Positions 51,301 through 64,000 of a stretch of DNA of 64,000 nucleotides are shown here, in pieces. A program made the translations under genes and the position numbers. The notes below the pieces were generated by a model. The model had not been told where the DNA came from, made no database searches, and saw only the letters and a program-made list of their open reading frames with translations. Source of the DNA: Eledone cirrhosa (Eukaryota). The DNA is taken from NCBI GenBank assembly GCA_964016885.1, contig OZ024740.1, positions 251,844,001-251,908,000 on the forward strand. The letters run 5' to 3'. How positions within the stretch are numbered: position 1 is the first letter of the stretch; each line of letters starts with the position of its first letter.

Positions 51301-54300
51301 CTAGAAATTATCTCTCTTTGGACGGCTGGAAATTATCTCCCCTTGATTTTTTTTACAAATTATCTCCCCCTGATTTTTTTTACAAATTATCCCCGCATGA
51401 TTTTTAAAAAAAAAATTATCTCCCCTTCGCTGGCTGGAAATTATCTCCCCTTGGACGCTGGAAATTATAGCCCCTTGGAGGGCTGGAAATTATCTTCCCT
51501 TGGACGGCTGGAAATTATCTCCCCTTGATTTTTTTTACAAATTATCTCCCCCTGATTTTTTTTTACAAATTATCTCCCCCTGATTTTTTTTTACAAATTA
51601 TCTCCCCCTGATTTTTTTTTTTACAAATTATCTCCGCCTGATTTTAAAAAAAAAATTATCTCCCCTTGGACGGCTGGAAATTATCTCCCCTTGGACGGCT
51701 GGAAATTATCTCCCCTTGGACGGCTAGAAATTACCTCTCCTTGGACGGCTGAAAATTATCTCCCATTGGACGGCTGCAAATTATCTCCCCTTGATTTTTT
51801 TTACAAATTATCTCCCCCTGATTTTTTTTACAAATTATCTCCCCCTGATTTTTTTTTACAAATTATCTCCCCCTGATTTTTTTTTACAAATTATCTCCCC
51901 CTGATTTTTTTTACAAATTATCTCCCCCTGATTTTTTTTACAAATTATCTCCCCCTGATTTTTTTTTACAAATTATCTCCCCTTGATTTTTTTTACAAAT
52001 TATCTCCCCCTGATTTTTTTTTTACAAATTATCTCCCCCTGATTTTTTTACAAATTATCTCCCCCTGATTTTTTTTACAAATTATCTCCCCCTGATTTTT
52101 TTTACAAATTATCTCCCCTTGATTTTTTTTTACAAATTATCTCCCCCTGATTTTTTTTTTACAAATTATCTCCCCCTGATTTTTTTTAAAATTATCTTCC
52201 CTTGGCTGGCGGGAAATTATCTCCCCTTGGACGGCTGGAAATTATCTCCCCTTGGAAGGATGTAAATTATCTCCCCTTGGACGGCTGGAAATTATCTCCC
52301 CTTGCACGGCTGGAAATTATCTCCCCTTGATTTTTTTTACAAATTATCTCCCCCTGATTTTTTTTTACAAATTATCTCCCCCTGATTTTTTTTTACAAAT
52401 TATCTCCCCCTGATTTTTTTTACAAATTATCTCCCCCTGATTTAAAAAAAAAAAATTATCTCCTCTTCGCTGGCTGGAAATTATCTCCCCTTGGACGCTG
52501 GAAATTATAGCCCCTTGGAGGGCTGGAAATTATCTTCCCTTGGACGGCTGGAAATTATCTTCCCTTGGACGGCTGGAAATTATCTCCCCTTGATTTTTTT
52601 TACAAATTATCTCCCCCTGATTTTTTTTTACAAATTATCTCCCCCTGATTTTTTTTTACAAATTATCTCCCCCTGATTTTTTTTTTACAAATTATCTCCG
52701 CTTGATTTTTAAAAAAAAATTATCTCCCCTTGGACGGCTGGAAATTATCTCCCCTTGGACGGCTGGAAATTATCTCCCCTTGGACGGCTAGAAATTATCT
52801 CTCCTTGGACGGCTGAAAATTATCTCCCCTTGGACGGCTGCAAATTATCTCCCCTTGATTTATTTTACAAATTATCTCCCCCTGATTTTTTTTTACAAAT
52901 TATCTCCCCCTCATTTTTTTTACAAATTATCTACCCCTGATTTTTTTTACAAATTATCTCCCCCTGATTTTGTTTTACAAATTATCTCCCTCTGATTTTT
53001 TTTTACAAATTATCTCCCCCTGATTTTTTTTTTACAAATTATCTCCCCCTGATTTTTTTAAAAATTATCTCCCCCTGATTTTTTTACAATCTCCGCCTGA
53101 TTTTTTTAAAAATTATCTTGCCTTGGCTGGCGGGAAATTATCTCCCCTTGGACGGCTGGAAATTATCTCCCCTTGGAAGGATGGAAATTATCTCCCCTTG
53201 GACGGCTGGAAATTATCTCCCCTTGCACGGCTGGAAATTATCTCCCCTTGGCTGGAAATTATCTCCCCTTGGACGGCTAGAAATTATCTCTCTTTGGACG
53301 GCTGGAAATTATGTCCCTTTGATTTTTTTTATAAATTATCTACCTCTGATATTTTTTACAAATCTCCCCCTGATTTTTTAAAAAAAATTATCTCCCCTTC
53401 GCTGGCTGGAAATTATCTCCCCTTGGACACTGGAAATTATAGCCCCTTGGAGGGCTGGAAATTATCTTCCCTTGGACGGCTGGAAATTATCTCCCCTTGA
53501 TTTTTTTTACAAATTATCTCCGCCTGATTTTTTTTAAAAATTATCTCTCCTTGGACGGCTGGAAATTATCTCCCCTTGATTTTTTTTACAAATTATCTCC
53601 CCCTGATTTTTTTTTACAAATTATCTCCCCCTAATTTTTTTTTACAAATTATCTACCCCTGATTTTTTTTACAAATTATCTCCCCCTGATTTTTTTTACA
53701 AATTATCTCCCCCTGATTTTTCTTTTACAAATTATCTCCCCCTGATTTTTTTACAAATTATCTCCCCCTGATTTTTTTTACAAATTATCTCCGCCTGATT
53801 TTTTTAAATATTATCTTCCCTTGGCTGGCGGGAAATTATCTCCCCTTGGACGGCTGGAAATTATCTGCCCTTGATTTTGTTTTTACAAATTATCTTCCAC
53901 TGATTTTTTTTACAAATTATCTCCACCTGATTTTTTAAAAAAATTATCTCCCCTTGGAAGGTTGGAAATTATCTCCCCTTGGACGGCTAGAAATTATCTC
54001 TCTTTGGACGGCTGGAAATTATCTCCCCTTGATTTTTTTTACAAATTATCTCCCCCTGATTTTTTTTACAAATATCCCAGTGATTTTTTTTAAAAAATTA
54101 TCTCCCCTTCGCTGGCTGGAAATTATCTCCCCTTGGACGCTGGAAATTATAGCCCCTTGGAGGGCTGGAAATTATCTTCCCTTGGACGGCTGGAAATTAT
54201 CTCCCCTTGATTTTTTTTACAAATTATCTCCCCCTGATTTTTTTTTTCAAATTGTCTCCCCCTGATTTTTTTTTACAAATTATCTCCCCCTGATTTTTTT

Positions 54301-57300
54301 TTACAACTTATCTCCGCCTGATTTTTTTTAAAAAATCATCTCCCCTTGGACGGCTGGAAATTATCTCCCCTTGGACGGCTGGAAATTATCTCTCCTTGGA
54401 CGGCTAGAAATTACCTCTCCTTGGACAATTGAAAATTATCTCCCCTTGGACGGCTGGAAATTATCTCCCCTTGATTTATTTTACAAATTATCTCCCCCTG
54501 ATTTTTTTTACAAATTATCTCCCCTGATTTTTTTTTACAAATTATCTCCCCCTGATTTTTTTTTACAAATTATCTCCCCCTGATTTTTTTTACAAATTAT
54601 CTCCCCCTGATTTTTTTACAAATTATCTCCCCTTGGCTGGCTGGAAATTATCTCCCCTTGGAGGCAGGAATTTATCTCCCCTTGGACGGGTAGAAATTAC
54701 CTCTCCTTGGACGGCTGGAAAATATGTCTCCTTGGACGGCTGGAAATTATCTCCCCTTGGACGGCTGGAAATTATCTCCCCTTGGACGGCTGGAAATTAT
54801 CTCCCCTTGGACGGCTAGAAATTACTTCTCCTTGGACGGCTGAAAATTATCTCCCCTTGGACGGCTGGAAATTATCTCCCCTTGATTTTTTTACAAATTA
54901 TCTCCCCCTGATTTTTTTTTACAAATTATCTCCCCCTGATTTTTTTTACAAATTATCTCCCCCTGATTTTTTTTACAAATTATCTCCCCCTGATTTTTTT
55001 TACAAATTATCTCCGCCTGATTTTTTTAAATATTATCTCTCCTTGGCTGGCGGGAAATTATCTCCCCTTGGACGGCTGCAAATTATCTCCGCTTGATTTT
55101 TTTTACAAATTATCTCCCCCTGATTTTTTTTTAAAAATTATCTCCCCCTGATTTTTTTTACAAATTATCTCCCCTGATTTTTTTTTACAAATTATCTCCC
55201 CCTGATTTTTTTTTACAAATTATCTCCCCCTGATTTTTTTTTTACAAATTATCTCCCCCTGATTTTTTTACAAATTATCTCCCCCTGATTTTTTTTACAA
55301 TCTCCGCCTGATTTTTTTAAAAATTATCTTCCCTTGGCTGGCGGGAAATTATCTCCCCTTGGACGGCTGGAAATTATCTCCCCTTGGAAGGATGGAAATT
55401 ATCTCCCCTTGGACGGCTGGAAATTATCTCCCCTTGCACGGCTGGAAATTATCTCCCCTTGGCTGGAAATTATCTCCCCTTGGACGGCTAGAAATTATCT
55501 CTCTTTGGATGGCTGGAAATTATCTCCCTTTGATTTTTTTTACAAATTATCTCCCTCTGATTTTTTTTACAAATCTCCCCCTGATTTTTTTTTACAAATT
55601 ATCTCCCCCTGATTTTTTTTACAAACTATCTCCCCCTGATTTTTTTACAAATTATCTCCCCTTGGCTGGCTGGAAATTATCTCCCCTTGGAGGCTGGAAT
55701 TTATCTCCCCTTGGACGGCTAGAAATTACCTCTCCTTGGACGGCTGGAAAATATGTCTCCTTGGACGGCTGGAAATTATCTCCCCTTGGACGGCTGGAAA
55801 TTACCTCTCCTTGGACGGCTGAAAATTATCTCCCCTTGGACGGCTGGAAATTATCTCCCCTTGATTTTTTTACAAATTATCTCCCCCTGATTTTTTTTTT
55901 ACAAATTATCTCCCCCTGATTTTTTTTACAAATTATCTACGCCTGATTTTTTTAAATATTATCTCTCCTTGGCTGGCGGGAAATTATCTCCCCTTGGACG
56001 GCTGGAAATTATCTCCCCTTGGAAGGATGGAAATTATCTCCCCTTGGACGGCTGGAAATTATCTCCCCTTGCACTGCTGGAAATTATCTCCCCTTGGACG
56101 GCTGGAAATTATCTGCCCTTGATTTTGTTTTTACAAATTATCTTCCCCTGATTATTTTTACAAATTATCTCCACCTGATTTTTTAAAAAATTATCTCCCC
56201 TTGGACGGCTGGAAATTATCTCCCCTTGGCTGGAAATTATCTCCCCTTGGACGGCTAGAAATTATCTCTCTTTGGACGGCTGGAAATTATCTCCCCTTGA
56301 TTTTTTTTACAAATTATCTCCCCCTGATTTTTTTTACAAATTATCCCCCCATGATTTTTAAAAACAAAATTATCTCCCCTTCGCTGGCTGGAAATTATCT
56401 CCCCTTGGACGCTGGAAATTATAGCCCCTTGGAGGGCTGGAAATTATCTTCCCTTGGACGGCTGGAAATTATCTCCCCTTGATTTTTTTTACAAATTATC
56501 TCCCCCTGATTTTTTTTTACAAATTATCTCCCCCTGATTTTTTTTTTACAAATTATCTCCGCCTGATTTTTTTAAAAAAATTATCTCCCCTTGGACGGCT
56601 GGAAATTATCTCCCCTTGGACGGCTGGAAATTATCTCCCGTTGGACGGCTAGAAATTACCTCTCCTTGGACGGCTGAAAATTATCTCCCCTTGGACGGCT
56701 GCAAATTATCTCCCCTTGATTTTTTTTACAAATTATCCCCCCATGATTTTTAAAAAAAAAATTATCTCCCCTTCGCTGGCTGGAAATTATCTCCCCTTGG
56801 ACGCTGGAAATTATAGCCCCTTGGAGGGCTGGAAATTATCTTCCCTTGGACGGCTGGAAATTATCTCCCCTTGATTTTTTTTACAAATTATCTCCCTCTG
56901 ATTTTTTTTTACAAATTATCTCCCACTGATTTTTTTTTACAAATTATCTCCCCCTGATTTTTTTTTTACAAATTATCTCCGCGTGATTTTTTTAAAAAAA
57001 TTATCTCCCCTTGGACGGCTGGAAATTATCTCCCCTTGGACGGCTGGAAATTATCTCGCCTTGGACGGCTAGAAATTACCTCTCCTTGGACGGCTGAAAA
57101 TTATCTCCCCTTGGACGGCTGCAAATTATCTCCCCTTGATTTTTTTTACAAATTATCTCCCCCTGATTTTTTTTACAAATTATCTCCCCCTGATTTTTTT
57201 TACAAATTATCTCCCCCTGATTTTTTTTTACAAATTATCTCCCCCTGATTTTTTTTCCAAATTATCTCCCCCTGATTTTTTTTACAAATTATCTCCCCCT

Positions 57301-60300
57301 GATTTTTTTTACAAATTATCTCCCCCTGATTTTTTTTACAATCTCCGCCTGATTTTTTAAAAAATTATCTTCCCTTGGCTGGCGGGAAATTATCTCCCCT
57401 TGGACGGCTAGAAATTATCTCTCTTTGGACGGCTGGAAATTATCTCCCCTTGATTTTTTTTACAAATTATCTCCCCCTGATTTTTTTAAAAATTATCTCC
57501 CCCTGATTTTTTTACAATCTCCGCCTGATTTTTTTAAAAATTATCTTGCCTTGGCTGGCGGGAAATTATCTCCCCTTGGACGGCTGGAAATTATCTCCCC
57601 TTGGAAGGATGGAAATTATCTCCCCTTGGACGGCTGGAAATTATCTCCCCTTGCACGGCTGGAAATTATCTCCCCTTGGCTGGAAATTATCTCCCCTTGG
57701 ACGGCTAGAAATTATCTCTCTTTGGACGGCTGGAAATTATGTCCCTTTGATTTTTTTTATAAATTATCTACCTCTGATATTTTTTACAAATCTCCCCCTG
57801 ATTTTTTAAAAAAAATTATCTCCCCTTCGCTGGCTGGAAATTATCTCCCCTTGGACACTGGAAATTATAGCCCCTTGGAGGGCTGGAAATTATCTTCCCT
57901 TGGACGGCTGGAAATTATCTCCCCTTGATTTTTTTTACAAATTATCTCCGCCTGATTTTTTTTAAAAATTATCTCTCCTTGGACGGCTGGAAATTATCTC
58001 CCCTTGATTTTTTTTACAAATTATCTCCCCCTGATTTTTTTTTACAAATTATCTCCCCCTAATTTTTTTTTACAAATTATCTACCCCTGATTTTTTTTAC
58101 AAATTATCTCCCCCTGATTTTTTTTACAAATTATCTCCCCCTGATTTTTCTTTTACAAATTATCTCCCCCTGATTTTTTTACAAATTATCTCCCCCTGAT
58201 TTTTTTTACAAATTATCTCCGCCTGATTTTTTTAAATATTATCTTCCCTTGGCTGGCGGGAAATTATCTCCCCTTGGACGGCTGGAAATTATCTGCCCTT
58301 GATTTTGTTTTTACAAATTATCTTCCACTGATTTTTTTTACAAATTATCTCCACCTGATTTTTTAAAAAAATTATCTCCCCTTGGAAGGTTGGAAATTAT
58401 CTCCCCTTGGACGGCTAGAAATTATCTCTCTTTGGACGGCTGGAAATTATCTCCCCTTGATTTTTTTTACAAATTATCTCCCCCTGATTTTTTTTACAAA
58501 TATCCCAGTGATTTTTTTTAAAAAATTATCTCCCCTTCGCTGGCTGGAAATTATCTCCCCTTGGACGCTGGAAATTATAGCCCCTTGGAGGGCTGGAAAT
58601 TATCTTCCCTTGGACGGCTGGAAATTATCTCCCCTTGATTTTTTTTACAAATTATCTCCCCCTGATTTTTTTTTTCAAATTGTCTCCCCCTGATTTTTTT
58701 TTACAAATTATCTCCCCCTGATTTTTTTTTACAACTTATCTCCGCCTGATTTTTTTTAAAAAATCATCTCCCCTTGGACGGCTGGAAATTATCTCCCCTT
58801 GGACGGCTGGAAATTATCTCTCCTTGGACGGCTAGAAATTACCTCTCCTTGGACAATTGAAAATTATCTCCCCTTGGACGGCTGGAAATTATCTCCCCTT
58901 GATTTATTTTACAAATTATCTCCCCCTGATTTTTTTTACAAATTATCTCCCCTGATTTTTTTTTACAAATTATCTCCCCCTGATTTTTTTTTACAAATTA
59001 TCTCCCCCTGATTTTTTTTACAAATTATCTCCCCCTGATTTTTTTACAAATTATCTCCCCTTGGCTGGCTGGAAATTATCTCCCCTTGGAGGCAGGAATT
59101 TATCTCCCCTTGGACGGGTAGAAATTACCTCTCCTTGGACGGCTGGAAAATATGTCTCCTTGGACGGCTGGAAATTATCTCCCCTTGGACGGCTGGAAAT
59201 TATCTCCCCTTGGACGGCTGGAAATTATCTCCCCTTGGACGGCTAGAAATTACTTCTCCTTGGACGGCTGAAAATTATCTCCCCTTGGACGGCTGGAAAT
59301 TATCTCCCCTTGATTTTTTTACAAATTATCTCCCCCTGATTTTTTTTTACAAATTATCTCCCCCTGATTTTTTTTACAAATTATCTCCCCCTGATTTTTT
59401 TTACAAATTATCTCCCCCTGATTTTTTTTACAAATTATCTCCGCCTGATTTTTTTAAATATTATCTCTCCTTGGCTGGCGGGAAATTATCTCCCCTTGGA
59501 CGGCTGCAAATTATCTCCGCTTGATTTTTTTTACAAATTATCTCCCCCTGATTTTTTTTTAAAAATTATCTCCCCCTGATTTTTTTTACAAATTATCTCC
59601 CCTGATTTTTTTTTACAAATTATCTCCCCCTGATTTTTTTTTACAAATTATCTCCCCCTGATTTTTTTTTTACAAATTATCTCCCCCTGATTTTTTTACA
59701 AATTATCTCCCCCTGATTTTTTTTACAATCTCCGCCTGATTTTTTTAAAAATTATCTTCCCTTGGCTGGCGGGAAATTATCTCCCCTTGGACGGCTGGAA
59801 ATTATCTCCCCTTGGAAGGATGGAAATTATCTCCCCTTGGACGGCTGGAAATTATCTCCCCTTGCACGGCTGGAAATTATCTCCCCTTGGCTGGAAATTA
59901 TCTCCCCTTGGACGGCTAGAAATTATCTCTCTTTGGATGGCTGGAAATTATCTCCCTTTGATTTTTTTTACAAATTATCTCCCTCTGATTTTTTTTACAA
60001 ATCTCCCCCTGATTTTTTTTTACAAATTATCTCCCCCTGATTTTTTTTACAAACTATCTCCCCCTGATTTTTTTACAAATTATCTCCCCTTGGCTGGCTG
60101 GAAATTATCTCCCCTTGGAGGCTGGAATTTATCTCCCCTTGGACGGCTAGAAATTACCTCTCCTTGGACGGCTGGAAAATATGTCTCCTTGGACGGCTGG
60201 AAATTATCTCCCCTTGGACGGCTGGAAATTACCTCTCCTTGGACGGCTGAAAATTATCTCCCCTTGGACGGCTGGAAATTATCTCCCCTTGATTTTTTTA

Positions 60301-63300
60301 CAAATTATCTCCCCCTGATTTTTTTTTTACAAATTATCTCCCCCTGATTTTTTTTACAAATTATCTACGCCTGATTTTTTTAAATATTATCTCTCCTTGG
60401 CTGGCGGGAAATTATCTCCCCTTGGACGGCTGGAAATTATCTCCCCTTGGAAGGATGGAAATTATCTCCCCTTGGACGGCTGGAAATTATCTCCCCTTGC
60501 ACTGCTGGAAATTATCTCCCCTTGGACGGCTGGAAATTATCTGCCCTTGATTTTGTTTTTACAAATTATCTTCCCCTGATTATTTTTACAAATTATCTCC
60601 ACCTGATTTTTTAAAAAATTATCTCCCCTTGGACGGCTGGAAATTATCTCCCCTTGGCTGGAAATTATCTCCCCTTGGACGGCTAGAAATTATCTCTCTT
60701 TGGACGGCTGGAAATTATCTCCCCTTGATTTTTTTTACAAATTATCTCCCCCTGATTTTTTTTACAAATTATCCCCCCATGATTTTTAAAAACAAAATTA
60801 TCTCCCCTTCGCTGGCTGGAAATTATCTCCCCTTGGACGCTGGAAATTATAGCCCCTTGGAGGGCTGGAAATTATCTTCCCTTGGACGGCTGGAAATTAT
60901 CTCCCCTTGATTTTTTTTACAAATTATCTCCCCCTGATTTTTTTTTACAAATTATCTCCCCCTGATTTTTTTTTTACAAATTATCTCCGCCTGATTTTTT
61001 TAAAAAAATTATCTCCCCTTGGACGGCTGGAAATTATCTCCCCTTGGACGGCTGGAAATTATCTCCCGTTGGACGGCTAGAAATTACCTCTCCTTGGACG
61101 GCTGAAAATTATCTCCCCTTGGACGGCTGCAAATTATCTCCCCTTGATTTTTTTTACAAATTATCCCCCCATGATTTTTAAAAAAAAAATTATCTCCCCT
61201 TCGCTGGCTGGAAATTATCTCCCCTTGGACGCTGGAAATTATAGCCCCTTGGAGGGCTGGAAATTATCTTCCCTTGGACGGCTGGAAATTATCTCCCCTT
61301 GATTTTTTTTACAAATTATCTCCCTCTGATTTTTTTTTACAAATTATCTCCCACTGATTTTTTTTTACAAATTATCTCCCCCTGATTTTTTTTTTACAAA
61401 TTATCTCCGCGTGATTTTTTTAAAAAAATTATCTCCCCTTGGACGGCTGGAAATTATCTCCCCTTGGACGGCTGGAAATTATCTCGCCTTGGACGGCTAG
61501 AAATTACCTCTCCTTGGACGGCTGAAAATTATCTCCCCTTGGACGGCTGCAAATTATCTCCCCTTGATTTTTTTTACAAATTATCTCCCCCTGATTTTTT
61601 TTACAAATTATCTCCCCCTGATTTTTTTTACAAATTATCTCCCCCTGATTTTTTTTTACAAATTATCTCCCCCTGATTTTTTTTCCAAATTATCTCCCCC
61701 TGATTTTTTTTACAAATTATCTCCCCCTGATTTTTTTTACAAATTATCTCCCCCTGATTTTTTTTACAATCTCCGCCTGATTTTTTAAAAAATTATCTTC
61801 CCTTGGCTGGCGGGAAATTATCTCCCCTTGGACGGCTAGAAATTATCTCTCTTTGGACGGCTGGAAATTATCTCCCCTTGATTTTTTTTACAAATTATCT
61901 CCCCCTGATTTTTTTTACAAATTATCCCCGCATGATTTTTAAAAAAAAATTATCTCCCCTTCGCTGGCTGGAAATTATCTCCCCTTGGACGCTGGAAATT
62001 ATAGCCCCTTGGAGGGCTGGAAATTATCTTCCCTTGGACGGCTGGAAATTATCTCCCCTTAATTTTTTTTACAAATTATCTCCCCCTGATTTTTTTTTAC
62101 AAATTATCTCCCCCTGATTTTTTTTTACAAATTATCTCCCCCTGATTTTTTTTTTTACAAATTATCTCCGCCTGATTTTTAAAAAAAAATTATCTCCCCT
62201 TGGACGGCTGGAAATTATCTCCCCTTGGACGGCTGGAAATTATCTCCCCTTGGACGGCTAGAAATTACCTCTCCTTGGACGGCTGAAAATTATCTCCCCT
62301 TGGACGGCTGCAAATTATCTCCCCTTGATTTTTTTTACAAATTATCTCCCCCTGATTTTTTTTACAAATTATCTCCCCCTGATTTTTTTTACAAATTATC
62401 TCCCCCTGATTTTTTTTTACAAATTATCTCCCCCTGATTTTTTTTTACAAATTATCTCCCCCTGATTTTTTTTACAAATTATCTCCCCCTGATTTTTTTT
62501 ACAAATTATCTCCCCCTGATTTTTTTTTACAAATTATCTCCCCTTGATTTTTTTTTACAAATTATCTGCCCCTGATTTTTTTTTTACAAATTATCTCCCC
62601 CTGATTTTTTTACAAATTATCTCCCCCTGATTTTTTTTACAAATTATCTCCCGCTGATTTTTTTTACAAATTATCTCCCCTTGATTTTTTTTTACAAATT
62701 ATCTCCCCTTGATTTTTTTTTACAAATTATCTCCCCCTGATTTTTTTTTTACAAATTATCTCCCCCTGATTTTTTTAAAAATTATCTTCCCTTGGCTGGC
62801 GGGAAATTATCTCCCCTTGGACGGCTGGAAATTATCTCCCCTTGGAAGGATGTAAATTATCTCCCCTTGGACGGCTGGAAATTATCTCCCCTTGCACGGC
62901 TGGAAATTATCTCCCCTTGATTTTTTTTAGAAATTATCTCCCCCTGATTTTTTTTTACAAAATATCTCCCCCTGATTTTTTTTTACAAATTATCTCCCCC
63001 TGATTTTTTTTACAAATTATCTCCCCCTGATTTTTAAAAAAAAAATTATCTCCCCTTCGCTGGCTGGAAATTATCTCCCCTTGGACGCTGGAAATTATAG
63101 CCCCTTGGAGGGCTGGAAATTATCTTCCCTTGGACGGCTGGAAATTATCTTCCCTTGGACGGCTGGAAATTATCTCCCCTTGATTTTTTTTACAAATTAT
63201 CTCCCCCTGATTTTTTTTTACAAATTATCTCCCCCTGATTTTTTTTAAAAATTATCTACCCCTGATTTTTTTTACAAATTATCTCCCCCTGATTTTTTTT

Positions 63301-64000
63301 TACAAATTATCTCCCTCTGATTTTTTTTTACAAATTATCTCCCCCTGATTTTTTTTTTACAAATTATCTCCCCCTGATTTTTTTACAAATTATCTCCCCC
63401 TGATTTTTTTTACAATCTCCGCCTGATTTTTTAAAAAATTATCTTCCCTTGGCTGGCGGGAAATTATCTCCCCTTGGACGGCTGGAAATTATCTCCCCTT
63501 GGACGGCTAGAAATTATCTCTCTTTGGACGGCTGGAAATTATCTCCCCTTGATTTTTTTTACAAATTATCTCCCCCTGATTTTTTTTACAAATTATCCCC
63601 GCATGATTTTTAAAAAAAAAATTATCTCCCCTTCGCTGGCTGGAAATTATCTCCCCTTGGACGCTGGAAATTATAGCCCCTTGGAGGGCTGGAAATTATC
63701 TCCCCTTGGACGGCTGGAAATTATCTCCCCTTGCACTGCTGGAAATTATCTCCCCTTGGACGGCTGGAAATTATCTGCCCTTGATTTTGTTTTTACAAAT
63801 TATCTTCCCCTGATTATTTTTACAAATTATCTCCACCTGATTTTTTAAAAAATTATCTCCCCTTGGACGGCTGGAAATTATCTCCCCTTGGCTGGAAATT
63901 ATCTCCCCTTGGACGGCTAGAAATTATCTCTCTTTGGACGGCTGGAAATTATCTCCCCTTGATTTTTTTTACAAATTATCTCCCCCTGATTTTTTTTACA
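48371..64000 (+). repeat. Two-monomer satellite array, right part
   Basis: Type A (GGACGG) and type B monomers resume in the same orientation and run off the right edge of the window. Confidence 0.98.
53030..61900 (+). repeat. 4428-bp near-perfect tandem duplication (copy 1 ~53030-57460; copy 2 ~57460-61900)
   Basis: Constant 4428 offset (53118/57546, 53954/58382, 54707/59135, 55359/59787, 57036/61464). Shared private variants: ATCTTGCC, GGAAGGTTGG, TTTCAAATTGTCTC, GACGGGTAG, AAAACAAAA, CTCCGCGTGA. Confidence 0.92.

Noticed and set aside
190-63848. Many short plus-strand ORFs (KLSPLGRLEIISPWTAGNYLPLDGW and KLSPPDFFY repeats)
   Set aside because: The 25-mer has no stop codon in any plus-strand frame, so ORFs arise automatically. 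They start mostly at TTG, overlap in different frames and are broken by poly-T length changes. The minus strand has TAA in every core, explaining its lack of ORFs.
1-64000. CRISPR-like array (constant core plus variable tail)
   Set aside because: Tails are only ~9-14 bp and of two recurring types rather than unique spacers; no cas genes are present.

Overview
The whole 64 kb window is non-coding tandem-repeat (satellite) DNA, most likely eukaryotic heterochromatin; the organism cannot be identified from the sequence. The main array is built from two short monomers sharing the core AAATTATCTCCCC(C/T)TG. Type A is 25 bp (AAATTATCTCCCCTTGGACGGCTGG). Type B is about 26-30 bp (AAATTATCTCCCCCTGA-T7..11-AC). 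They occur in alternating blocks, all head-to-tail, and are organised into nested higher-order repeats (about 0.69, 1.67, 2.1, 4.4-4.6, 5.6-5.7 and 12.7-12.8 kb). The only interruption is a ~2.25 kb island (46,126-48,370) of a related, more diverged composite repeat. In it, blocks of a 25-bp GGCCGGCTGG variant alternate with three ~300-bp AT-rich spacers that carry inverted (AAATT)n/(AATTT)n arms and a conserved 32-bp doublet. This island may be the ancestral or mobile unit from which the array arose. All listed ORFs are translations of the repeat. No genes, RNA genes or CRISPR arrays are supported. Periods were derived by hand from ORF-track offsets and marker variants, so boundaries are approximate.
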